Source: Eledone cirrhosa
Lineage: Eukaryota
Assembly: GCA_964016885.1 (NCBI GenBank)
Contig: OZ024765.1
Span: 21,514,001-21,578,000, forward strand
Direction of reading: 5' to 3'
Length of the DNA: 64,000 nt
The notes under the pieces are model-generated. The model saw nothing but the letters and a program-made list of their open reading frames with translations, did not search any database and had not been told where the DNA came from. Every line of letters starts with the position of its first letter. Positions within the stretch are counted from its first letter, which is position 1. The translations under genes and the position numbers were made by a program. Of the stretch, positions 41,515 to 56,991 are shown piece after piece.

Positions 41515-42840
41515 ATATACTATATACACTCTATAATCACTATATATACACTCTAGATACATTGTATATACACTATATATACACTCTAGATACATTGTAT
41601 ATACACTTATATATACAATATATACACTCTATATATACACTATATATATACACTATATACACTATATATACACTATATACACTGTATACACTATATATAC
41701 ACTATATATACACTATATACACTATATACACACTATATACACTGTATACACTATATACACTATATATACACTATATATACACTATATACACTATATACAC
41801 ACTATATATACACTATATACACTATATATATACTATATACACTATATACATTCTATATATACACTATATACACTATATATACATTATATACACTATATAC
41901 ACACTATATACACTATATATACACTATATACACTATATACACTCAATATATACACTATATACACTATATACACTCTATATATACACTATATACACTATAT
42001 ACACTATATATACACTATATACACTCAATATATACACTATATACACTATATACACTCTATATATACACTATATACACTATATATACACTATATACACTAT
42101 ATACACTCTATACATACACTATATACACTATATACACTCTATATATACACTATATATACACTATATATACACCCACCTTTCCAAATGTGTGACTTCAATG
42201 AATTTGCTTCAATTTTCTTTTCCAGGGGGTAAAAAATCTTTAAAATAAACCTCCGGCATTTCATGGCTCTTAAAACATACATGTATATATATATATATAT
42301 AGAGAGAGAGAGACATATATATATATAGACATATATATATATAGACATATATATATATATAGACATATATATATATAGACATATATATATATAGACATGT
42401 ATATATATATAGACATATAGATATATAGACATATATATATATAGACATGTATATAGACATATAGATATATATAGAGACATATATATATATATATAGACAT
42501 ATATATATATAGACATATATATATATAGACATGTATATATATATAGACATATAGATATATAGACATATATATATATAGACATGTATATAGACATATAGAT
42601 ATATATAGAGACATATATATATATATAGACATATATATATAGACATATATATATATAGACATATATATAGACATATAGATATATAGACATATATATATAT
42701 AGACATATATCTATATAGACATATATATATATAGACATATGGACATGTATATACATACACACATACATACATAGACATATATAGACGACATACATACATA
42801 GACATACATAGACATACATACATAGACATATATAGACATA
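41515..42840. repeat. (TATACAC)-type and (ATATATAGAC)-type simple repeats
   Basis: Read directly from the sequence. Confidence 0.9.
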
Positions 42841-43221
42841 GAGTTTCAGACACAAGTGTATTAGAATTGGTAGAAAAATGGGGAAAACTCAGCGTAAAGG
42901 AAGCTGTTAAGACAGCAAAATGTCTTCAATAACAGCTTTGGGTAAAATATACCTCATAGGATAGAAATAAGCGGCTAGAAGAAAGGAAGGAAGGAAGGTA
43001 CATGAATGAGACAGATGACACAAACATCATTTTTACCTCATCAGCTCTCAGACCAGTGTTCTGTAGTTTGTGCAAAACCACAAGTTGACCTGAGAGCTGA
43101 TGAGGTAAAAATGATGTTTGTGTCATCTTCTCTTGTCCATTTCCCTTCCTTTTCTCCTTTCTTCCTATCACTTCTGTGGGCTTACATATATATATATATA
43201 TATATATAATATAGAAATGGC

Positions 43222-43266
43222 TACTACAGGACTAGAACTGTTTCATTCGGAAGAAATCATCAGGGC
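43222..43266 (-). ncRNA. HHR, family H8 (stem I weak)
   Basis: CTGATGA tttc-ttcc-gaat GAAA cag-ttctagtc-ctg T A, with a short inverted copy of the core at 43271-43281. Confidence 0.65.
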
Positions 43267-43280
43267 TTTACTGATGATTT

Positions 43281-43583
43281 CATCATCATCTTCATCATCA
43301 TCATTTTACGTCTGCTTTTCCCTGCTGAAAGGGTGGGACGGGAACTGATTCTGGCTTGATTTCTACAGCTGGATGCCCTTCCTAACACCAACCTCATTTA
43401 CAGTGAGTGCTGGGTGCTTTTTTACCCGTGGCACCTCCACGACCACTTTGCAGTGGAATGACAGGGACCCCAGTCCTATCATCTCATTTCTACAGCTGAG
43501 TAAACTGGAGCAATGTGAAATGAAGTGCCTTGCTCAAGGAAACAACACATCACCCGCTCTAACCACTAAGCCATGTGCCTCCA
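43281..43583 (-). mobile_element. SINE family B with an internal deletion
   Basis: Homologous to 55239-55580. Confidence 0.85.
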
Positions 43584-44467
43584 TGTGCAAACATATATAT
43601 ATTTTTCAGTGTGGTCTACCCTAAATTAATTCAACAGTTAAACGCACATAGGAATAATAAGGTCGTTACCAAAGGGCCAGAAGATTGACAAGTCGACCCT
43701 AAATATTACTAATAGCTCTAGGAAAGCCATGAACGACACTACATCTTTTTAACTTTAATTTTGAAAGTAGGTTTATAATTATCCATTTTTATTATAGCTT
43801 TCTCGGTGGTCTAGCTGGAGGAATCATAGATGGTGGTGATCCTGGTCTGAAGTTCAATCCTGGTCAGGAGTAGGGTTCCTGGTAAACCTTTTCAGTTTTT
43901 TTCTATTGGTTGTAAAATAAAAACTGAAAAAGGTTACACGTACCTCTGGACCAGGATCTCCACCATCTCTACAAAAATCTTATGAAAAAACTACAAAAAT
44001 CTTATGAAAAATCTTATGAAAAAACTACAAAAATCTTATGAAAAATCTTATGAAAAAACTACAAAAATCTTATGAAAAATCTTATGAAAAAACTACAAAA
44101 ATCTTATGAAAATTCATCCTTATAAACCTACTTTCAAAATTTTCAAAACAAACTGTTGTGGTGTTGTTCGTGTCTTTCTTAATGTTATTGCTCCTACTTA
44201 AGGTCGACTTCTAAATCATTTGGCTGTTCCATAAACTACATCCTCGTTTTGTTTCACATCTATCGAGACTATAGTTTAACCTGTAATCCATGTTTCATTT
44301 CTGTTCCACCTCATTTCTCCCCCTCCTCTCTCTCCCTTTCTCTCTGTGATATTTCAATCTACTATGATTTGGGCTTACATTATTCCTATATATATATATA
44401 TTTTCGCATGTCAGTTAGATTCAAACTTACCATTCCTTTTTTATAAAGCTGCCATTAGTATCTATCT

Positions 44468-44748
44468 ATCTAAGGCGGGTAAAATTCCCGAGATCCATGG
44501 ACGAGTTCTCTCCAGCGGTCTCTGTCCCTCATTATCGCTGCCATATCCTGCATCTCCAACAGACCAGTCTCTGTCCATAGGCCATCAACATACGTTAACC
44601 TTGGTCTTCCTCTTCTAGTGTGTCCATGTAGTGTCATTGCTGTAGTGGAGTCTGTGCTGCTGTACGGGTCTGAGACTTGGACACTGACCAAGAAACTCAC
44701 TCAGATGGCGGATGGGTGCTACATGAGAATGCTGAGGATGGCTCTGCC
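44468..44748. mobile_element. RTE-like LINE insertion with a 5' inversion
   Basis: The 3' end is on the minus strand (44468-44628). The upstream motif VESVLLYGSETWTLTKK...YMRMLRMAL is on the plus strand (44635-44748). Confidence 0.75.
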
Positions 44749-45221
44749 ATACGTATTTCTATGGTATTCATGGCTCATGATACTTCAATCCCCCAACCAG
44801 TCATGCTACATCATCAGACAACATCTTATGTCATCAGACAACATCTTATGTCATATTGCCAATGACATAAAAGCTAAAAGACCAAGGAAGGGACCAATAC
44901 AGTGTTTTACACTACGGAGGTCCGCTCCCTTATTAACTTTAGTTCCACACTACAGTTGGGTGTAGGTGGGGGATTTATGGACTTCCCACCCCTCTCTCAC
45001 CCCTTCTAAGTAGTTAGAACCATTAGGACAAGCCTATCTGACACATCAACCCGCACTCCTCCTCCACCACAGACTAACAAATTATATTTAAAAGAAAACA
45101 TGTGACGTAGAGTGCTTTAATGTAATTACATCATTATTCACTGATTGACATGTTGGTGTGTTGTGTACACAAACCTGATTAGGCAATATTTTATTATATT
45201 TATTATATGTTAAACAGTAAT

Positions 45222-47679
<2,458 letters not shown>

Positions 47680-48089
47680 AAATATGTCTGGACTATTGGC
47701 AGCAATCTCCAAGAAATTTAGCATAAATACATAATCTCTTCTCCCTCCCAACTTCACCATAACCAGACTTGTCCACTACATCATCCTCTACCACCTCCAC
47801 CACAGATATAACTCTCTTATTAACCACTCTTTGTCGCAGTTTCATTTGGCGGACTTTCAATTTGGCAATAAAAATAACTTCTAAAAATACTGCTTGTAAT
47901 AAACTGAGACGTGACGAGGTGACGAGGTGACGGGGTGACAGCTAGGAGAGGGTTAATGGAGGTGGGGAGAGGGAAGGGTGTGTGTCTGGAGAGGTTAATT
48001 ACAAAACTATGAACACTTCTGATACCATTATGAAACCATCCCTGGATCCAGGATATAAACTTGTTATTTAAAGTGTCTCTTTTTACTAG

Positions 48090-49250
48090 AGAACCTTCCA
48101 TCTTAATTCTATGTAAGAACCTTTGTTAAGTTATGTTCCTAACACCAAAGTTAGTTATAAAACCTTCCATCATAATTTTATCTAAGAATCTGTGTCAAGT
48201 TACGTTCCAAACACCAAAGTTAGTTATAAAACCTTCCATCATAATTTTATCTAAGAATCTGTGTTAAGTTACGTTCCAAACACCGATTTAATAATGAGAA
48301 AGTTAGTTATAAGACCTTTGTTAAGTTATGTTCCAAACATCAATTTTATAATGAGAAAGTTAGTTATAAGACCTTTGTTAAGTTATGTTCCAAACACCAA
48401 TTTAATAATGAGAAACTTAGTTATGAAACCTTTGTTAAGTTATGTTCCAAACACCAAAGTTAGTTATAAAACCTTCCATCATAATTTTATCTAAGAATCT
48501 GTGTTAAGTTACGTTCCAAACACCGATTTAATAATGAGAAATTAGTTATAAGACCTTTGTTAAGTTATGTTCCAAACACCAATTTAATAATGAGAAACTT
48601 AGTTATGAAACCTTTGTTAAGTTATGTTCCAAACACCAACTTAATAATGAGAAAGTTAGTTATAAAACCTGTGTTAAGTTATGTTCCAAACACCAACTTA
48701 ATAATGAGAAAATTAGTTATAAGACCTTTCTTAAGTTATGTTCCAAACACCAAAGTTAGTTATAAAACCTTCCATCATAATTTCATGTAAGAACCTTTGT
48801 TAAGTTATGTTCCAAACACTAATAATGAGGAATTCAGATATAAAACCTTCCATTATAATTCTATGTAAGAACCTTTGTTAAGTTATGTTCCAAACAGCAA
48901 GTTAGAAATATGGTAACAAAAGAATTAAAGTGTTCATATTTATCTAAAAAATATTCCATCATAATTTCATGTAAGAACCTCCATTAAGTTATGTTCCAAA
49001 CACCAACTTAATAATGAGAAAGTTAGTTATAAAACCTGTGTTAAGTGATGTTCCAAACACGAGCTTGATAATGAGAAACTTAGTTATAAAATCTTCCATT
49101 ATAATTTTATGTAGGAACCTTTGTTAAGTTATGTTCCAAATATCCCTGGTTCTATGGTACAAAACTGTTAGCTTTAAAGTGTATATTTATCTAAAAACCT
49201 TCCATCATAATTTAATGTAAGAACCTGTGTTAAGTTATGTTCCAAACACT
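48090..49250. repeat. Complex ~54-70-bp minisatellite (gttaagttatgttccaaacacc core)
   Basis: Recurring core with two alternating spacer types. Confidence 0.9.
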
Positions 49251-49419
49251 GACTGTCGGCCGCCCTGTGTTGTTTTTGCCGAGAATAAGTAAGTGACATA
49301 GTCACTACATTAAAACTCATAGAGTTGGTCTTCTAAATGTTTTTAACATAGAATATATCACCAACTATACTATAATACATTCATGTATACATCGGTATTT
49401 CAGAGCTCCAATTCTAATA

Positions 49420-49465
<46 letters not shown>

Positions 49466-49490
49466 CCCATGCGAGCGTGGAATATGTATG

Positions 49491-49556
<66 letters not shown>

Positions 49557-49611
49557 CGTTTCGGAATTTGTTTAGCAAGATTCTTTATCTGAAAACGTGT
49601 GTTGAAACCGA

Positions 49612-49817
49612 TATTGTTATACTTTGGGAGGGTCATGTTGCCAATAAGAAACACACGCACCAGTTGCTTTCACTTCAATTTATTATAATAAATTTATAAA
49701 TTAAAGGAATTTATAAATTTCCGGTTGGTTGGTTGGTTCCACAACCAGATGGTTGTTTATATATTGTCAAAGTTCTTTCGTCACACATTCTGTGACCTCT
49801 TCAGTGACTGGGGATTC
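49612..49817 (-). ncRNA. Family H1 element with HHR at 49766-49808
   Basis: Reverse complement of 1-205; stem II gtcacag-aa-tgtgtgac. Confidence 0.78.
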
Positions 49818-50016
49818 TTTTCTTTGTTTTTGTGCCTCTCCTTTGTTCTGTCCTACGCCATCTTGTTTCTGTGTGTGTCACTCGTGTCCCCTTTATTTAC
49901 GTGTCCCAACGACTTTTTTTTAGCCGTTGCTCGCACCAACCGGAGGTATATGGTCTTTAAAGCGATGAAATACCAATGATGGTTGGAAGATCACTGATGA
50001 AGGACTAACTTTATTC

Positions 50017-50064
<48 letters not shown>

Positions 50065-50070
50065 GTGTAT

Positions 50071-50590
50071 ATGGAGGCACATGGCTTAGTGGTTAGAGCA
50101 TTGGCCTTGCAATCGAAAGGTTGTGAGTTCAATTCTCAGACCGGGTGATGTGTTGTTTCCTTGAGCAAGACACTTTATTTCACATTGCTCCAGTTTACTC
50201 AGCTGTAGAAATGAGATGATAGGGACTGGTGTCCCTATCATTTCACTGTAAAGTGGTCGTGGAGGTGCCACGGCAAAAAAGCACCAAGCACTCACTGTAA
50301 ATGAGGTTGGTGTTAGGAAGGGCATCCAGCTGTAGAAATCAAGCCAGAATCAGTTCCCGTCCCACCCTTGGAAGCAGGGAAAAGCGGACGTAAAATGAAA
50401 TGATGAAATGATGATGATATATATATATATATATATATTGGTGTTAGGAAGGGCATCCAGCCGTCGAAAACCCGCCAGACAGTCCTATACGAGCAAGACA
50501 ACCAAATCTTGCCTCACGTGGGACAATTCCCATCTAAACCCATGCTAGCGTGGAAGATAGACGTTAAACGATGATGATGATGATGATGAT
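50071..50590 (+). mobile_element. Full SINE B (50071-50415) plus a second 3' module (50438-50590)
   Basis: A-box tggcttagtgg, B-box gagttcaatt, CORE-like ccttgagcaagacactt, (GAT)n tails. Confidence 0.87.
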
Positions 50591-50919
50591 ATATACACAC
50601 ACACATATATACATATATACACATATATATATATACACACTGTATCTAAATGAACAGTAAATAATAGATACAGTAGATAGGGAAATACAGAAATAGTTTG
50701 CCTCTTTACAGCTACAATGGAGCGGTGGAGCGTTGGGGGTTGACGCAAATAAATTCCATCAGGAAAAACCAATTAGTGATAAAAATTCAATATCTAATCA
50801 GTAACTAAATAAGAAACTATATTGAGTTTATCACAATGGATTAGCTAAACTGGGAGAGGGCATAGTTAGTTGACGTATAAGTGAGTGTATATATATATAT
50901 ATGTATGTATGTATATTTG

Positions 50920-50987
<68 letters not shown>

Positions 50988-51014
50988 TACATACCGTATA
51001 TATATATATGTGTG

Positions 51015-51052
<38 letters not shown>

Positions 51053-51145
51053 TATATGTATACATATATATACATATATGTATGTATATATACATACATA
51101 GGTGCATATACACATGCATATATATATATATACATATATACATAC

Positions 51146-51182
<37 letters not shown>

Positions 51183-51199
51183 CATATATACATACATAA

Positions 51200-51230
<31 letters not shown>

Positions 51231-51488
51231 CATATATACATACATACAAATATATATATATATATATATACATATATACATACATATATATATATATACA
51301 TATATACATACATACATATATATATATACATATATACATACATACATATTTATATATACATATATACATACATACATATATATATATACATATATACATA
51401 CATACATATATATATATATATACATATATACATACATACATATATATATATACATATATACATACATACATATATATAATATACATAT

Positions 51489-51533
<45 letters not shown>

Positions 51534-51560
51534 CATGCATATATATATATACATATATAC

Positions 51561-51593
<33 letters not shown>

Positions 51594-51684
51594 CATATAT
51601 ACATACATACATATATATACATATATACATACATACATATATATATATATATACATATATACATACATACATATATATATATAT

Positions 51685-51729
<45 letters not shown>

Positions 51730-51852
51730 TACATACATACATATATATATATATACATATATACATCAGTTGAAATAAAATGAAAACGAAATTTCATTTC
51801 TCACTCTTAGTACGGCACGTATACACACATACTTACATTCATATATACATCT

Positions 51853-51885
<33 letters not shown>

Positions 51886-52029
51886 CATACATATATATAC
51901 ATATACATATATACACATATATATATGGGGATATATGATATATCAACATATCTGTGGCTCCATGTCGAGAGTAAACATATTAGTTCTGGCTAATTTGATT
52001 TATTATTATTATTATTATTGGTGAATAAG

Positions 52030-52872
52030 GGAGGTGGATTGGCAGTATCGGTAGAGGGTCGGACGCCATGCTTTGACGCATAGAGTTACGGCCCTTTACA
52101 GTCTGAGTTCAAATTGATTGGCAGTATAGGTAGAGGGTCGGACGCCATGCTTTGACGCATAGAGTTACGGCCCTTTACAGTCTGAGTTCAAATTGATTGG
52201 CAGTATCGGTAGAGGGTCGGACGCCATGCTTTGACGCATAGAGTTACGGCCCTTTACAGTCTGAGTTCAAATTGATTGGCAGTATAGGTAGAGGGTCGGA
52301 CGCCATGCTTTGACGCATAGAGTTACGGCCCTTTACAGTCTGAGTTCAAATTGATTGGCAGTATCGGTAGAGGGTCGGACGCCATGCTTTGACGCATAGA
52401 GTTACGGCCCTTTACAGTCTGAGTTCAAATTGATTGGCAGTATAGGTAGAGGGTCGGACGCCATGCTTTGACGCATAGAGTTACGGCCCTTTACAGTCTG
52501 AGTTCAAATTGATTGGCAGTATAGGTAAAGGGTCGGACGCCATGCTTTGACGCATAGAGTTACGGCCCTTTACAGTCTGAGTTCAAATTGATTGGCAGTA
52601 TCGGTAGAGGGTCGGACGCCATGCTTTGACGCATAGAGTTACGGCCCTTGCCATTCTGAGTTCAAATCCCGCCGAGGTTAACTTTGCCTTTCATCCTTAC
52701 GGGGTCGATAAAATAAAGTACCAGTAATGCACTGGGGTAATTGCTGGCCTTGTGCCTAAAGTAGAAACAATTATTCTTTGCCTTTCATCCTTACGGGGTC
52801 GATAAAATAAAGTACCAGTAATACACTGGAGTAAATTGCTGGCCTTGTGCCTAAAGTAGAAACAATTATTAT
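52030..52872 (+). mobile_element. SINE A with 8 tandem 79-bp tRNA-like heads and a duplicated 3' part
   Basis: ggcagta starts at 52041, 52120, 52199, 52278, 52357, 52436, 52515 and 52594. Confidence 0.92.
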
Positions 52873-52878
52873 TATTAT

Positions 52879-53215
52879 CATGTGCACTTTTACTCGACCT
52901 TATTGTAAACCCCCCACTGTCCCTGTCTTTGTATTGTCCCCTACATGTCAGCCCTTGTGGCTAATAAATGGAATCTTTATTATTATTATTATTATCATGT
53001 GCACTTTTACCCGACCTTATTGTAAACCCCCCACTGTCCCTGTCTTTGTATTGTCCCCTACATGTTGGCCCTTGTGGCTAATAAATGGAATCTTTATTAT
53101 TATTATTATTATGTGCACTTTTACTCGACCTTATTGTAAACCCCCCACTGTCCCTGTCTTTGTATTGTCCCCTACATGTTGGCCCTTGTGGCTAATAAAT
53201 GGAATCTTTATTATT
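52879..53215 (+). repeat. Three tandem ~115-bp Tx1-like 3' tails; a fourth copy at 53721-53822
   Basis: tgtaaacccccc...gcccttgtggctaataaa resembles 39835-39895; units are separated by (ATT)n. Confidence 0.7.
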
Positions 53216-53474
53216 ATCATTGTTTTTATTTTCTCTCATTATTGTTTCTGAGATATATGTTGAGTGTCTTCCTGACCCCTAGAGCAGATAAATTCCCAGT
53301 TGTGCATTGGTAAGCCAGTTAATACAGCACATTGATTATAATTTTTAAAAAAAACCCAGTATACATATATACACATGTGTATATATAAATACAAGGAGAG
53401 ATATCAATCTTACAGAGATAGTGCTCTTCTCAATACGTGTAGCAACAGTCAAAACAATTTTTTTTTTATTATTA

Positions 53475-53518
<44 letters not shown>

Positions 53519-53922
53519 GTTATGTATTTTTTATATCTTTTTTATTATTATATTTTTTTTATTATATTTTATTATATTTTTTTTTATTATTATTGTTGTT
53601 GTTATTATTATTATTATTATTATATTTTATTATATTTTTTTTATTATTATTGTTATTATTATTATTATTATATTTTATTATATTTTTTTTATTATTATTG
53701 TTATTATTTAGTCTTGCCATTGTGCACTTTTACTCGACCTTATTGTAAACCCCCCCCCCCCCCACTGTCCCTGTCTTTGTATTGTCCCCTACATGTCGGC
53801 CCTTGTGGCTAATAAATGAAATCATTATTATTATTATTATTATTATTATATTTCATTATATTTTTTTTATTATTATTGTTATTATTATTATTATTATATT
53901 TTATTATATTTTATTATTATTA

Positions 53923-53954
<32 letters not shown>

Positions 53955-54317
53955 GTTGTTATGTATTTTTTTATATCTTTCTCTAGTTTAGTTAATCTAT
54001 TTCCAAATGTATGAATAGAAAAAACACACACACATATATACACACATATACACACACACATATATACACACATATACACACACATACACCCACACACACA
54101 CTCACACATACATAGACATGCATGAGCGCACATACACTCACACACACACACACACACACATATACAGTCACACACAAACATTCAGTCACACACTCACATC
54201 CACACACACAAATACATACACACACTCACACATACACATATGCATGTACACACACACACACATGCACTCATACACATAAACATATTCACACATTTCTACT
54301 CACACACACTCACACCA

Positions 54318-54384
<67 letters not shown>

Positions 54385-54387
<3 letters not shown>

Positions 54388-55224
54388 CCCGTTCTGTGTG
54401 TGTGTAAAAGAGTTTCACTTGGAAAATATTCCATCCATCTCTGTCAAATTAAACACATAGCCAAAATAGGCTACGGTTTGTAACATAAAGAAAAAATTAT
54501 TTCATAATAATTAATTTCGAAGTCACAAACTTCGATTTTATAATCTTATAGGCTTTTGCACTAACAAATTCCATGACGGCCATTAAAGAGAGAGAGCGTT
54601 CCTTTTACACACTTCTTAACTCTCCCCCTTCCACAACACGACGTTATGGGATTGTATGTGTATGTGCGTGTGTATATGTGTGTGTATGTGTTTGTGTGTG
54701 TTTGTGTGCGTGCATCTGTGTGAGTGTGTGTGTATGTGTAATTTCCATAACGGCCAGAGAGAGAAGGATGTGTGAGAGGGAGAGAGAGAGAGAGAGTAAA
54801 ATAAAGAAAGAGAGGTGTGTGTGACGCGAATATGATAAATACAGCGTTTATAATTTTAACTTATTTATTACACTTCTTAACTCTCCCCCTTCCACAACGT
54901 CACGTCTTGGGATTGTGTGCGTATGTGTGTGTGTGTATGTGTGTGTGTTTGTGTGTATGTGTGTGTATGTACATGATGGATGTTTTAAAATACACATTGT
55001 TCAACCGACACGGCTAACGATACATTTCTCTATGTTCACATTTTAATGACACATATCTGTAAATAAAACTTGCTCTTTTTGAATACCGTCTCATTTTTTT
55101 TTATTGAAAGAGTTGATCAGATAAAATTATCCTCCAAGTTAAACATACAACACGGAAATTGACCATTAACATTACAGCCCTACCAAGAACTGATACCGTC
55201 CAATGGGCGGGGGTCATTTGCTAG
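54385..55224 (+). mobile_element. Probable non-autonomous Helitron
   Basis: 3' hairpin ccgtcc-aat-gggcgg, then CTAG|T at 55221-55225; 5' end uncertain. Confidence 0.5.
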
Positions 55225-55238
55225 TATATATATATATA

Positions 55239-55580
55239 TCATCATCATCATTTCATTTTACGTCCGCTTTTTCCCTGCTTGCAAGGGTGGGACGGGAACT
55301 GATTCTGGCTTGATTTCTACAGCTGGATGCCCTTCCTAACACCAACCTCATTTACAGTGAGTGCTGGGTGCTTTTTTGCCGTGGCACCTCCACGACCACT
55401 TTGCAGTGGAATGATAGGGACCCCAGTCCCTATCATCTCATTTCTACAGCTGAGTAAACTGGAGCAATGTGAAATAAAGTGTCTTGCTCAAGGAAACAAC
55501 ACATCACCCGGTCTGAGAATTGAACTCACAACCTTTCGATTGCAAGGCCAATGCTCTAACCACTAAGCCATGTGCCTCCA
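55239..55580 (-). mobile_element. Full-length SINE family B
   Basis: Reverse complement of 50071-50415. Confidence 0.88.
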
Positions 55581-55588
55581 TATATGTG

Positions 55589-55621
<33 letters not shown>

Positions 55622-55644
55622 TTTGTAAAAAAAAACTCACTTTC

Positions 55645-55682
<38 letters not shown>

Positions 55683-56055
55683 GTATGTGTGTGTGTGTGT
55701 GTGTGTGTACATATATAAGTTATCCCGGGTTCAATCGGAGGTAACCACAGTAAGTAAGGTACTCAATACATAGCAGAGTATAAATGTTTTAATATAGAAA
55801 AGCTTTTACAGGACTAGAACTGTTTCAAGGGCCACCAAGCAAATCAAGATTTGCTTGGTGGCCCTTGAAATATATATAATAAAATAAATATGGTTTTATA
55901 AATATAGTTTCCATTTATTATTATCTTGGTATATATATATGTATAACATGTATATGATATATATATATATTATGCGGGGTCATACTTGTTCCTATATATA
56001 TATATATATATGAAAAGGAACACAAGAGCGTCTACAACATCAAAAGATTTTTATT

Positions 56056-56102
56056 GGCTTACAATGTTTCTTCCTTACGTAACCGTAGGATTCATCAGAG
56101 CT
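56056..56102 (-). ncRNA. Type I HHR, family H7-related
   Basis: gct CTGATGA atcctacgg-ttac-gtaagga a GAAA cattg T A agc. Confidence 0.7.
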
Positions 56103-56664
56103 ATAAAAGGGGTTTGATTGGTGTTATGGACTCTACCAACCAAACATTCAAGAACAAAGAGTAAAGAGAGTAAAGAGCAATAGCAGGGGACGATAAGTCT
56201 AATTTTGGTGCGGCAGGGTGGGGTGTGGGTCCTTGTTTACTAGCTGTGGTCATATTCATTACCGGGAGTCGGGTGGTTAGCTGAACCATAGATGGGGTGG
56301 CGTCGATAGTATGGTGCAGAGGGTGCGCAGAGGCTACACAAACACAAAGGGCGTACAATATATATATATATATATAGCGGAGGAGAAAGTACATGAGGTA
56401 ATTTGTATATTTATATATAGACAAATATAAATTAGCGAGAATCGTATTTCAGCTCAGGAATTAACGAAAAACAACTTCCGAGATGTGTGGCAAGCGCTCG
56501 ATGATTCATGTGAATCAGAGCTACAACATACGTTAAGGGCCAAACACACTGAGATGGTGGTTAAACATATCATCCGCACAGCCAAAACAAACGACCAAGT
56601 AATTCGGGTCAAACAATAAAAATATATGCGATTGAAAATATATATATATATATATATATATGTA

Positions 56665-56858
56665 CGTTATTCCGGGTTGAATCGGAGGTAACCACAGTAA
56701 GTAAGGTACTCAATACATAGCAGAGTATAACAGTTTTAATATAGATGAGATTCTACAGGACTAGAACTGTTTCATTCATTAGAAATCATCAGGAATGATT
56801 CCTGATGATTTCTAATGAATGAAACAGTTCTAGTCCTGTAGAATCTCATCTATATTAA

Positions 56859-56862
<4 letters not shown>
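56665..56862. ncRNA. Family H8 palindrome with complete HHRs on both strands (56750-56796 -, 56797-56845 +)
   Basis: gattc CTGATGA tttc-taat-gaat GAAA cag-ttctagtc-ctg T A gaatc; 65-bp perfect arms. Confidence 0.82.
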
Positions 56863-56906
<44 letters not shown>

Positions 56907-56991
56907 AATAACAGGAGGCTGGACTGGTGTAAATCCTTGAAAGGTTTATTATACTATGATCATTTCAATGACCGGGTTCCATATGAATATA

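Noticed and set aside
50071-50145. tRNA genes
   Set aside because: The A/B boxes belong to SINE heads that continue into SINE bodies; no full cloverleaf seen.
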